NCBI GenBank assembly: GCA_903865745.1
Contig: CAIPKV010000070.1
Coordinates: 99,898 to 163,897 of the forward strand
Origin: an uncultured Verrucomicrobia subdivision 3 bacterium
GTDB lineage: Bacteria; Verrucomicrobiota; Verrucomicrobiia; Limisphaerales; UBA11358
DNA: 64,000 bases
Direction: 5' to 3'
Part shown: piece by piece, positions 1 to 8,742 of the stretch
Position numbering within the stretch: the stretch's first letter is position 1
Layout of the letters: each line of letters starts with the position of its first letter
The notes under the pieces: generated by a model
What the model was told of the DNA's origin: nothing
Seen by the model: only the letters and a program-made list of their open reading frames with translations
The model's database searches: none
Program-made: the position numbers and the translations under genes

Positions 1-210
<210 letters not shown>

Positions 211-237
211 AGTTTGTTAAAACGTTGAAGCGTTGAA

Positions 238-606
238 TTGGCACTGGCCTGCAAACCGATACCCGTTCAACCATTTAACAATTTAACCAAGCGACCACTC
301 AACCAATCAACCGTGCCGCCGGCGACCTTCCTTCGCGAAACGTCCGGCGGCACTTTGCTTTCGGTGAAGCTTCAACCGCGCGCTTCCAAGAATGAAATCG
401 GCGCGCCCCTCGGTGATGAATTAAAAATCAAAGTCACCGCCCCGCCCGTGGACGCCGCGGCGAATCAGGCCTTGATTGAATTTCTCGCCGATAAGCTCGG
501 TTGCTCGCGCGGCCACGTTGAATTGCTGCGCGGCCAGACTTCGCGGCACAAAACCATCCTGCTCCACGGCTTCAAAGCGGCGGATGTCCTTCAGCGCCTC
601 GGCTGA
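238..606 (+). CDS. DUF167 (YggU-like) family protein
   Basis: LSVKLQPRASKNEI...LKIKVTAPPVDAAANQALIEFLADKLG...VELLRGQTSRHK matches the YggU/DUF167 pattern. The listed ORF starts at TTG 238 and its first ~25 codons read through a dispersed TTCAACCATTTAACA-type repeat. In-frame GTG 313 (98 aa) is therefore a likelier start. Confidence 0.75.
   Translation: MALACKPIPVQPFNNLTKRPLNQSTVPPATFLRETSGGTLLSVKLQPRASKNEIGAPLGDELKIKVTAPPVDAAANQALIEFLADKLGCSRGHVELLRGQTSRHKTILLHGFKAADVLQRLG
265..288. repeat. Copy of the TTCAACCATTTAACA dispersed repeat
   Basis: gttcaaccatttaacaatttaacc. A related copy lies at 2021-2056. Confidence 0.7.
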
Positions 607-1982
607 ATCTGCTCCGCCAACGCTTCCGCCGGATACGTCCAGATTTCCGCCAGCGTGGGATGATAGTGCGGCGTCGCGGCAAGCTCGTGCACCGTCATGC
701 GCTTCGCCATCGCGATGACGATTTCATGGATGAGTTCGCCGCCGCTGGGTCCGACGCACGCGCCGCCAATGATTTCGCCCGTCTTAGGATTCGCGAGCAA
801 TTTCACAAAACCGTCTTTCGCTTCCATGAGGAGCGATTTGCCGTGGTCATTAAAGGGATAACTCGCCGCAACAAATTTAATGCCGCGCGCCGTCGCTACT
901 TTTTCCGTCAATCCAACCGTCGCCACCTGCGGGTCGGTGAAGACGACGGAGATGAGCAGTCGATAATCCATTTGGCGCGGTGCTTTCGGCTTCACTATGT
1001 TATGAACCGCCGTTTCGCCCTGCTGAATCGCGATATGCACAATCTCATGCGGCCCGCAGACATCGCCCGCCGCAAAAATGTGCGGTGCGCTCGTCTGCAT
1101 CCTGTCGTTCGCGACGACGCGGCCAGCTTCCGTTTTTACGCCGGCGTTTGCCAGGTCGAGCAACGCCGTGTTCGGCACGCGGCCGAGCGCGAACAAGATT
1201 TCTTCCGCCGCGACCGTAACCGTCTTGCCCGACTGCTCGAACATAACCGCCTTCAATTTCCCTTTGCGTGCAGCCTTTAAAAGTTTGGTGCCGGTGAAAA
1301 CTTGCATGCCTTCGCGCTGAAACACTTTGGCGACTTGGGCGCCCGCATCGGCATCAAACTCTTTCAAGATGGTTTCGCTGCGTTGAATCAAAGTGACCTT
1401 CACGCCGAAGCGCGCGAAGAATTGCGCGAACTCGCACGCAATCGCCCCGCCGCCGAGGATGATGAGCGACTTCGGCAATCTCTTGAGCGCCACCGCGTCG
1501 TCACTGGTGATGTAGCCAACTTCGTCCAGCGGCAACGGCGAAGGCGCGACACTGGAACCCGTGGCGACGACAAAGTTTTTTGCAGTCAGCTTTTTACCAT
1601 TACTCAACGCCACCGTATGCGCAGCCACAAACTTCGCGTTGGCGCGGATGAACTTAAACTTGCCCGCGTTGATCTGCTGCGCGCGGAAGTCCGCGAAATC
1701 TTTAATCTGCGCCGCCTTGCGCGCCATGACTTGGGCGAAATCGAAGCCGACCTTCCCCGTGCGCAGCCCCCAGGTCGCCGCGTGTTCGGCGAGATGTTTG
1801 ACTTCCGCCGCGTAGAGCAGCGCCTTCGTGGGCATGCAACCGCGCAGGATGCAGAGGCCGCCCACCTCCGCGCCGCCCTCGATAACCACCGTTTTCAAAC
1901 CCGCCGCCGTCGCCGTGCGCGCCGCCGCGTAACCGCCACTGCCACCGCCAATCACCGCCACGTCAAAGTCAAATTGCTTCAT
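591..1982 (-). CDS. Class I pyridine nucleotide-disulfide oxidoreductase (dihydrolipoyl dehydrogenase / glutathione reductase family flavoprotein)
   Basis: Has the FAD fold VAVIGGGSGG, the redox-active CxxxxC (GGLCILRGCMPTK), a second NAD(P) fold ILGGGAIACEF, and the C-terminal dimerisation motif HPTLAEI. Start chosen at ATG 1982 (MKQFDFDVAVIGGG). The longer ORF to 2039 would translate a dispersed repeat. Confidence 0.85.
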   Translation of the reverse strand: MKQFDFDVAVIGGGSGGYAAARTATAAGLKTVVIEGGAEVGGLCILRGCMPTKALLYAAEVKHLAEHAATWGLRTGKVGFDFAQVMARKAAQIKDFADFRAQQINAGKFKFIRANAKFVAAHTVALSNGKKLTAKNFVVATGSSVAPSPLPLDEVGYITSDDAVALKRLPKSLIILGGGAIACEFAQFFARFGVKVTLIQRSETILKEFDADAGAQVAKVFQREGMQVFTGTKLLKAARKGKLKAVMFEQSGKTVTVAAEEILFALGRVPNTALLDLANAGVKTEAGRVVANDRMQTSAPHIFAAGDVCGPHEIVHIAIQQGETAVHNIVKPKAPRQMDYRLLISVVFTDPQVATVGLTEKVATARGIKFVAASYPFNDHGKSLLMEAKDGFVKLLANPKTGEIIGGACVGPSGGELIHEIVIAMAKRMTVHELAATPHYHPTLAEIWTYPAEALAEQIQPRR

Positions 1983-2020
1983 GCCAGAGAAGATGCGCTC
2001 CATTTCAAATTTGACAACTC

Positions 2021-2056
2021 GATTTAACAGTTCAACCATTCAACCATTTAACAAAA
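2021..2056. repeat. Copy of the TTCAACCATTTAACA dispersed repeat (tandemised)
   Basis: gatttaacagttcaaccattcaaccatttaacaaaa, in the divergent intergenic region between the oxidoreductase and DUF5069 genes. Confidence 0.7.
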
Positions 2057-2063
2057 TACAATT

Positions 2064-2489
2064 ATGAGCGACCTGATTTATCCCCGCAGCCCGCGCGAAA
2101 CCATGGACGGCTGGCATTACCTGCCGCGTTACGTTGACAAAATCCGCCTGCACCTCGCGGGCAAGCTGCATGCCGACTACCAGGATAATCTGGGCAAAGC
2201 CTTTGACGGATTCTGGCTCAAGGCGGCGGGCGTGACGCACGAACAATTTGTGGAAGTTGTCAAAAACAGCATCACCGACGGCCAGGTCTGCGACTGGGTG
2301 CGCCAGAATGTGAAACGCACGGCGGCCGAGAAGGCCGCGCACTGGCAGGATGTGCTGAGCCGCCCCTTGGCGAACGACGCCACCGCCGTGGCCCGGCTCC
2401 AGATGCGCAAGGAGCAGGCCGGCCTCGGCCAGCGCGACGACATCAAATGTTTCGTGGACATGCTCGACGCCGACGAGAAGCGGATTTGA
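2064..2489 (+). CDS. DUF5069 family protein
   Basis: YPRSPRETMDGWHYLPRYVDKIR...FDGFWLKAAGV...DGQVCDWV resembles the DUF5069 pattern as I recall it. It is divergent from the oxidoreductase gene. Confidence 0.65.
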   Translation: MSDLIYPRSPRETMDGWHYLPRYVDKIRLHLAGKLHADYQDNLGKAFDGFWLKAAGVTHEQFVEVVKNSITDGQVCDWVRQNVKRTAAEKAAHWQDVLSRPLANDATAVARLQMRKEQAGLGQRDDIKCFVDMLDADEKRI

Positions 2490-2945
2490 CCACGCAAGTT
2501 CTATAGCTCAGACCGCCGCCGCCGCAAATCTGGCCACAGATGGACACAATCTGAAGCATTGATATCAGATAAAAGGATATTAGCAGATGGCGGGGAAAAC
2601 TGAAGAGTATTCGGCGCAAACCGGCAGAATTTTCGCCTATTCTCCTCAGCTTTTACTGACAGTTTCACTTGATGCAACATAAGGTCGCTCGAACAATTGT
2701 TGGTTATAGACACATCGCAAACAAAGCTGCGGTTTCGTCCGCATTGTGCATGTAAGCAAATATTTCGGATTCATTTTTTAGCGGAGATGTGCCAGAACTT
2801 GCCCGCTTCCAAGAGCAGGCGGGCGACCACACCCGCCGCGCAAACTTCGAAATCATAAACGACAAGGGCAACGCAACCGTAGTGCAAATTGATAAGAAAT
2901 TGCTGCCAGCTTCATTTTGGCTGGCACAATTTGACGGGCGGGCTT

Positions 2946-4751
2946 TTATTCCATCGGACTGATGTGAACGGCTGACAAGCTGGCCTTGGCGCGATCCCCT
3001 GCGACAAGCGAAACAGTGAGCGTATGCTTGCCGGCCTTGGCAAACGGCAACAGCCCAAACGGGTAGGTGTGATAGACGGTTGCCGAGTTCTGTTGGTTTT
3101 GCAATTTGAATCCCTCGTCGGTCTCAATCCGCCAGACCAGGCGGCCTTCGCCTTTGTGGTTAAGATCAACCTGGTAATGGCCTGGTTCGGCCACATCCAC
3201 CGTCCAAATGGCGCTCCCTCCATTCTCCCAATTGCCCGCCTGGGTCATCTGCTTCCATTCCCCAAATTTCTCCATCCAGTTGAGTTGATTTTTTTCGGCT
3301 TTGCTCACTTCGGCAAATTCCACCAGCAGTGTCGAAGCGATATTGGGATAAACGCCCAGGGTCTGGTCAGCGACGGGTGCGGCACTCAAGGTGACTTGAA
3401 TCACGCTCGCCGGATGGTCGGCAGGCGCGGGCGGAACTTGCAATTCCATCCAGGTGCCGTGGGCCACCCATTTGACCCGTGATAATTTCCCGCCGGATAT
3501 AACCCCGGCGGAAATGATTTTGGTCTGCAATCCCGGCAGGAACAAACGCCCATCCTGCGGCCAGTTAAACACGACCAAGTTCAGCTTGTTGCTCTGGGTG
3601 GTGGCATCGCCCCAAGCGAGGGCGTGTCCCCACGGCGACGCCCCCGCAGTGTAGATCACTTGCGGATAGCGCTTGATCCAGGCGCCCGCCTTCAATAATG
3701 AATTGGTCGCCCCTTCCGGCACGTGGCCAAGTCCATCCGGCCCAATGTTCAGCAGGTAGGTGCCGCCACGCGCCACCGTCGAAACGAGTCGGTGCAAAAT
3801 CTCGCGGGAGTCTTTCCAATTCTGGTCATACCACGCGTAAGACCACGAATCATTGATCGTGTCGCAGGACTCCCACAGGCCGTCGGCATTGCGCGGCGGC
3901 ACTTCCATGTCGCCTTTGCTGGCGTAGTCGCCCATGCCATAACCGACGCGGCTGCACAATAGGGCTCCGGGTTGCGCCTGGCGCACATAGGCGGCCAGTT
4001 CTTTGACCAGGTTCTCCGGCATGTCACCGGGCGTATCGAACCAGATGTAATTCAGCGGGCCGTATTGCGTGCAGATTTCCTTCACCTGCGGAAAACATTT
4101 CTCGCGGAAGTATTGTTCAAACGTGGCGGGCGTGCCGTCCACGTTGGTCTTCGGCCCGCCAGTGCCGCCCGGCGCGGTCCAGTCCTGGTTGTGCGAATAG
4201 TAAAACCCGAAACCCAGCCCCTGTTCGCGGCAGGCGGCGGCGAGTTCCTTCATCGGGTCGCGGTGAAACGGCGACGCGTCCACGATGTTGAAGGGGTTCG
4301 CCGACTGAAACATCGCGAAACCCTCATGATGCTTTGCGGTGATGATGATCCACTTCATCCCGGATTCCTTGGCGAGCCGGGCGATGCCACGCGCATCAAA
4401 GTTCGTGGGATTAAAATCCTTGGCGAGCGCCATATAGTCGGCCTCGGAGATTTTCATCTGCCGCTTGATCCATTCGCCGATGCCGTAAAAAGTCTGGTCA
4501 TGCCACTGGCCGCCCAGCGAGGAAAATAATCCCCAGTGAATGAACATGCCGTAATTGCCGTCGCGGAACAGTGCGACGCGGGCGGATTTCTCGATCCCCT
4601 GCGGGCCGACGGATTCGCCCCACATCTTGTCCATGGAGCTACTGGCTGCAGGAGCTTTGGCCGCGGGAGTTTCGGCAGCGAAAACGCCTGCGGACTGCGA
4701 TAAATATGCCAACAGAAAGGTGGCGATGGTCAGGATGGTAAGTTTTTTCAT
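2946..4751 (-). CDS. Alpha-L-fucosidase, GH29 family, with C-terminal beta-sandwich extension
   Basis: GH29 motifs FGMFIHWGLFS, WIIITAKHHEGFAMF and YIWFDTPG. Signal peptide MKKLTILTIATFLLAYLSQSAGVFA begins at ATG 4751. A longer ORF to 4811 would overlap the upstream gene as ATGA. Confidence 0.85.
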   Translation of the reverse strand: MKKLTILTIATFLLAYLSQSAGVFAAETPAAKAPAASSSMDKMWGESVGPQGIEKSARVALFRDGNYGMFIHWGLFSSLGGQWHDQTFYGIGEWIKRQMKISEADYMALAKDFNPTNFDARGIARLAKESGMKWIIITAKHHEGFAMFQSANPFNIVDASPFHRDPMKELAAACREQGLGFGFYYSHNQDWTAPGGTGGPKTNVDGTPATFEQYFREKCFPQVKEICTQYGPLNYIWFDTPGDMPENLVKELAAYVRQAQPGALLCSRVGYGMGDYASKGDMEVPPRNADGLWESCDTINDSWSYAWYDQNWKDSREILHRLVSTVARGGTYLLNIGPDGLGHVPEGATNSLLKAGAWIKRYPQVIYTAGASPWGHALAWGDATTQSNKLNLVVFNWPQDGRLFLPGLQTKIISAGVISGGKLSRVKWVAHGTWMELQVPPAPADHPASVIQVTLSAAPVADQTLGVYPNIASTLLVEFAEVSKAEKNQLNWMEKFGEWKQMTQAGNWENGGSAIWTVDVAEPGHYQVDLNHKGEGRLVWRIETDEGFKLQNQQNSATVYHTYPFGLLPFAKAGKHTLTVSLVAGDRAKASLSAVHISPME

Positions 4752-4807
4752 GGAATTGTGAGGTTGTTTTTCGCGAGTGGCAGTTTCATATAATTTCGGG
4801 CTATGTG

Positions 4808-6220
4808 TCATTTTTGAGTCATGCTAGATGCGTCGTCAGTTTTGGTTTCGCTCACATCCTCCAGCACGATTGGCGGACGGGCATCGGGTGTCCTGGTGCT
4901 GAACTTGACGTTACGCAATGTGAGGCCCTCGACGTGTCGGGCAAAAAGTCCGCAGGCGGGCACGGTTCGCCCCAAATGCCTGTATTCGGGGTTGTCACCC
5001 TTTATTATTTCGGGAGTTAATTCATCCACTATATTTTTTGCATCCGCCTCCGTGCCTCCGCCCGGAAAGATCGCACGGATGTCGGTAAAACTAATATCCT
5101 TCACCGGATGCCCTGGCAGGCCGGCAATCACAAACGCGGATTCCTTGGAACCTGTATCAGAATCCACCATAATATTATGGAACTGAAGACCACGCACTGA
5201 TTTCATAGGGGCCAGTTCCTGGGGTGCATTCACCCATAATCGTGACTGGCAAAAGGTCAGGAAGACCGGGCGCGGCACGTTCTTCATGACCAAGTTGGCG
5301 AAGATCAGGTTTTTCATCTCGGCACCCTCGCACATCTGGATTTTGATCCCGGAATCGTTGTGGTCGCGGAAGGTGCAATTCTCCACCGTGACATTCTCAA
5401 AGTTGCCCCGTGACAGCAGTCCTATGCGCAAACCGGCCCAATGGCTGATGAAATGGCAGTTATTGATGACAATGTCCCGACAAGGTTCGTTGGTGAGCGA
5501 AGTTTGCAGACAGATGGAGTCGTCGCTGGTGTCAAATGTGGAATTGCTCACGCGCACCAAGTTGCATCCATCAAAATCAAGTCCATCGCCGTTCCAGTTG
5601 GCCCGACTCAAAATGGTGACACCGTCAACGGCGATGTCAGTGCAATAGCGCCACTCGGTTGTCCAGGAAGCAGGATTCAGCAAGGTGATGTCTCGAACCC
5701 GGATGCGCGAACAACCGAGGAGGCGAATCAGCTTAGGACGATTTTTTTGAGGGTCACCGCCTTGAGGAAAGGACTTGCCGCGCCCGTCAATTGTGCCCAT
5801 CCCTTCAATGCTGATGTTGTTGGCCTTCCTGGCAAAGATAAGGCAGCGATCCATGAAGGGTTCGCCCCGATACATTGTGCGATCAGTATCGGTCGTATAA
5901 TCGAAGATATTCGTGCTGCCAAGGATCATCGCACCGGGATCCACATGCAGACAGACATTGTCCTTAAGGTAAAGCGTGCCAGTGACAAAACATCCTCCCG
6001 CAACCAACACGGTTCCGCCGCCCGCGACGCTGCACTGATCAATCGCGGTTTGAATCGCTTTGGTATTGAGCGTTGCGCCGTCGCCGATAGCGCCAAATGA
6101 GCGAACATCATGGAAAACCCTGGCGATGGGCTCGGGCGTCACGGTTTCGGCAGAATGAAGTGTGGCCGCTGTGAGTAGCAGCCCCACGAGCGTTAGGTTA
6201 ATGGCGATATTTTTAATCAT
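4808..6220 (-). CDS. Glycoside hydrolase family 28 (polygalacturonase/rhamnogalacturonase-like, parallel beta-helix)
   Basis: Signal peptide, then the pectate-lyase-fold N-terminus VRSFGAIGDGATLNTKAIQTAIDQC. GH28-like catalytic strands NGDGLDFDGC, TSDDSICLQ and GIKIQ. Confidence 0.8.
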   Translation of the reverse strand: MIKNIAINLTLVGLLLTAATLHSAETVTPEPIARVFHDVRSFGAIGDGATLNTKAIQTAIDQCSVAGGGTVLVAGGCFVTGTLYLKDNVCLHVDPGAMILGSTNIFDYTTDTDRTMYRGEPFMDRCLIFARKANNISIEGMGTIDGRGKSFPQGGDPQKNRPKLIRLLGCSRIRVRDITLLNPASWTTEWRYCTDIAVDGVTILSRANWNGDGLDFDGCNLVRVSNSTFDTSDDSICLQTSLTNEPCRDIVINNCHFISHWAGLRIGLLSRGNFENVTVENCTFRDHNDSGIKIQMCEGAEMKNLIFANLVMKNVPRPVFLTFCQSRLWVNAPQELAPMKSVRGLQFHNIMVDSDTGSKESAFVIAGLPGHPVKDISFTDIRAIFPGGGTEADAKNIVDELTPEIIKGDNPEYRHLGRTVPACGLFARHVEGLTLRNVKFSTRTPDARPPIVLEDVSETKTDDASSMTQK

Positions 6221-6243
6221 TGGGGATTCGTTGCAGATATGAT

Positions 6244-8742
6244 TTACTTGGCCGCCATTCCGCCATCCTTTTTGGCGGGGGCAAAGCGAACTGTGTGGGG
6301 ACCACCTGCGGGGAGCGGAACATTATAGGTTTGCTGCCACCGCTGCGTGTTGGAATCATAGTCCGTCTGCCAGAAATCGTTGCCCTGCACGCTCTGGTTC
6401 AAACGCTGACCATCCACCCAGAGAGCATAACCTGAAGCTACCGTGAGTCCGGTGAAGGTGACCGGCACATAGCCCAGTCCGCCTGTGATGGTGATTTCTG
6501 CCGTTTGTTTGGCGTCCACGGCAATTTTCAAAGGATAGGGGTTCAACACCGAGCCGCGGCGGGCATTGCACTTGAGGGCATTGCCGACAGCTTCACGCTG
6601 CACCAGTTGCCAGGTGTCGGCTTTCTTGGCCAAGACTTCCTTGAATTCTTTGTCCGGTCCGTAGTAGGCCGCCGCATCGGCGGGGAAAACCACCAATTCC
6701 AAGTCGGCCTCCATAAAATCACCGGGGAGCAATTCCTTAATCCCGGGTGGTGGTGCAAGCTCGACGACCGTGCGGTTATTGCCTTTGCCCCACTCATTGC
6801 AGAAAAACGAAACGTGCGGCTGCGGAACCGGTTTGCCGCCCAGCTTCGCCCGCCAGGAACGCACAATGAATCCACGACTGGCGGCGGCCGCGCCTTTGCC
6901 TAACGTCGGAAAATCCACGCCGTGAATGGACACCCACGGCTGCGCTCCGGTCATCGGCACGTTGCTCCGGTCATACACATCCTTGCCATATTTCGGTTCC
7001 CATTCCTCATGCAACCCGTTCGCGTCGCCGAGCGCAACCCGACGGGCGGGTGTATCATTGTAGAAATCGGCGCCCAGTTGGAAAAACGCCAACCGCCGCC
7101 ATTGCATCGGCCGACGCACATCATAACGGAGGTGGAAGAACGTCCGAAGGTAGTCCTGGCTGCGCGGAACCGAGACGTCCATGCGCGCGGCGAGTTCACC
7201 GCCGGCCGATTCCTCGGTGTAGCTAGCGTCCGTGAGGCAAGGACCGTAGGCGCGGTAATCCGTGCGTGTCGCGGCCATCGGCTGATAGATTCCCTGCGCA
7301 TCCTGCCACATTAAAAAGTCGCCGCCGCCGCAGTTCTGCGCCCAGCCCCAAGGTTTCCCCAGCTGACCTTGAGGCAATGTCAGCAGCGGACGCACGTCAT
7401 CAATAAAACAGCGTCGCTGCACCCGCCCCGGCTCAAAGCAGATGCTCTCGCCAAAACTCCCAATGGCGGTCTGATCCCAAAACTGATTATGGCCCCAACC
7501 AATCAACGAAAGTTGTGCCAGCGATGCCGCGAAGACGCCGCCATAGCGTGCATAGACCATCTGGAAAACCAGTTCGCGCTTCGCGTGGGGTGGCAACCGC
7601 ACAAATGCGAAGCCGTGGAACCACGGCCCCTGATGCGGCACCACACCTTGCTTCGGTCGCTGGTGCCAGTCCTTCGAAATCTGCACCGGCAACCCCGTGG
7701 GCGTGCCGTCGGTCTCGCACAACATCGGCGTGAAGCCGGTGATGGGCAGGTTTTTCTCTTGAATGAACATGAGCCGGGCGACGGTAGGATGATCGGAGTC
7801 ATTTCGCAGGGTGAAATGCCAGCGATCCAACCGGTCCAAGTGTTCCTCGGGATAGTAAGTCCCTTTCGCGTTGCTCCACGCCTTCTCCGGCAACTGGAGC
7901 GTCTGGCACCCGAGTGCCTCATCGAATCCGACCTTCAGCGCCGGGTCAGCTTCCAAGTTCGGGCGGGAGGTAGTGTTGTCACCAAAAATTTCAAGCCGGA
8001 CGGACGTATTCGTGGTTAGCACGGCGGAGTCACGGTGATCCCCTAGTCGCAATTCCACCGTGCCGCCAGTTGGCAAGGCTTCGGGCTGCAACTCTAGGCG
8101 CAACGATAGCCGGTCGGGCCACGCGGAAATTTCCAGACTGCCACCGCAGGGAAACGCCTGGCCATCGCTGTCAGCAAACTGCAATCCGTCGATCACTACG
8201 CGCTGAAAAAAACGGCCGCTCTCAACAAAGCGCACTGGCTGAAGGAATTCATCCTTGGTTTCCATGTGTCCCACGCAGGTGAACCGATGGCCTGCCACCA
8301 CAACTGCGCAATCCCAGTCGACAGCCGGCAGATCGGCCAGCGTGGTGCGGCCGGGCTGAACCGCTTTTTCCACCCCCATCGGTTCCGTCCACTCGCCAGC
8401 CCGCAACGCCCGCACCTGCTTGGTGTCAAACGCCAACCCCCAGCCGCCGGACTGGAAACACAACGTCCCGTTGGTCGGCGACCTCTTGCTTCCCATGATC
8501 TGTGGTGGCCCGTCGGCCCACCATAGCAAAGTGTAGTCGCTCACGCGCGGCATCATCGCCACTGGTGCATCCGTTGCCGCCGCAGAGTGGCAGCAAGGTG
8601 GCAGCGCCAGCATCAGGGCGGCGAAGATGATGATTTTATGTATATTGCCTTCCTTGACTGTTAACGACCAGCCTTTAGCGATGGCTCCGCTTTTCCGTAA
8701 ACATGATTCTTGGCAATGCGAATTTGAAACGTGTGATATCAT
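6244..8742 (-). CDS. Secreted protein of unknown function (about 800-aa uncharacterised domain, paralogous to the central part of the giant protein at 20905-25953)
   Basis: Hydrophobic signal-like segment IIIFAALMLALPPCCHSAAA. Colinear similarity to aa ~620-1435 of the 1695-aa ORF (AWPDRLS, GLPVQ.SKDW, WFHG, FFQ, PW.SIH, I.RSW.A, YYGPD, GGL.YVPVTFTG, GNDFWQ.DY). Its start overlaps the upstream gene stop as ATGA at 8739-8742. Confidence 0.8.
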   Translation of the reverse strand: MISHVSNSHCQESCLRKSGAIAKGWSLTVKEGNIHKIIIFAALMLALPPCCHSAAATDAPVAMMPRVSDYTLLWWADGPPQIMGSKRSPTNGTLCFQSGGWGLAFDTKQVRALRAGEWTEPMGVEKAVQPGRTTLADLPAVDWDCAVVVAGHRFTCVGHMETKDEFLQPVRFVESGRFFQRVVIDGLQFADSDGQAFPCGGSLEISAWPDRLSLRLELQPEALPTGGTVELRLGDHRDSAVLTTNTSVRLEIFGDNTTSRPNLEADPALKVGFDEALGCQTLQLPEKAWSNAKGTYYPEEHLDRLDRWHFTLRNDSDHPTVARLMFIQEKNLPITGFTPMLCETDGTPTGLPVQISKDWHQRPKQGVVPHQGPWFHGFAFVRLPPHAKRELVFQMVYARYGGVFAASLAQLSLIGWGHNQFWDQTAIGSFGESICFEPGRVQRRCFIDDVRPLLTLPQGQLGKPWGWAQNCGGGDFLMWQDAQGIYQPMAATRTDYRAYGPCLTDASYTEESAGGELAARMDVSVPRSQDYLRTFFHLRYDVRRPMQWRRLAFFQLGADFYNDTPARRVALGDANGLHEEWEPKYGKDVYDRSNVPMTGAQPWVSIHGVDFPTLGKGAAAASRGFIVRSWRAKLGGKPVPQPHVSFFCNEWGKGNNRTVVELAPPPGIKELLPGDFMEADLELVVFPADAAAYYGPDKEFKEVLAKKADTWQLVQREAVGNALKCNARRGSVLNPYPLKIAVDAKQTAEITITGGLGYVPVTFTGLTVASGYALWVDGQRLNQSVQGNDFWQTDYDSNTQRWQQTYNVPLPAGGPHTVRFAPAKKDGGMAAK

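Noticed and set aside
660-2027. Plus-strand ORFs (660-1280, 1302-2027) antisense to the flavoprotein oxidoreductase.
   Set aside because: The Arg-rich translations are typical of antisense frames in GC-rich genes. The minus-strand frame has complete FAD/NAD/CxxxxC motifs.
2504-2511. TAGCTCAG, a tRNA D-loop-like octamer downstream of the DUF5069 gene.
   Set aside because: I could not find a complementary acceptor stem, an anticodon arm or a GTTCGAATC-type T-loop around it. It is not a tRNA.
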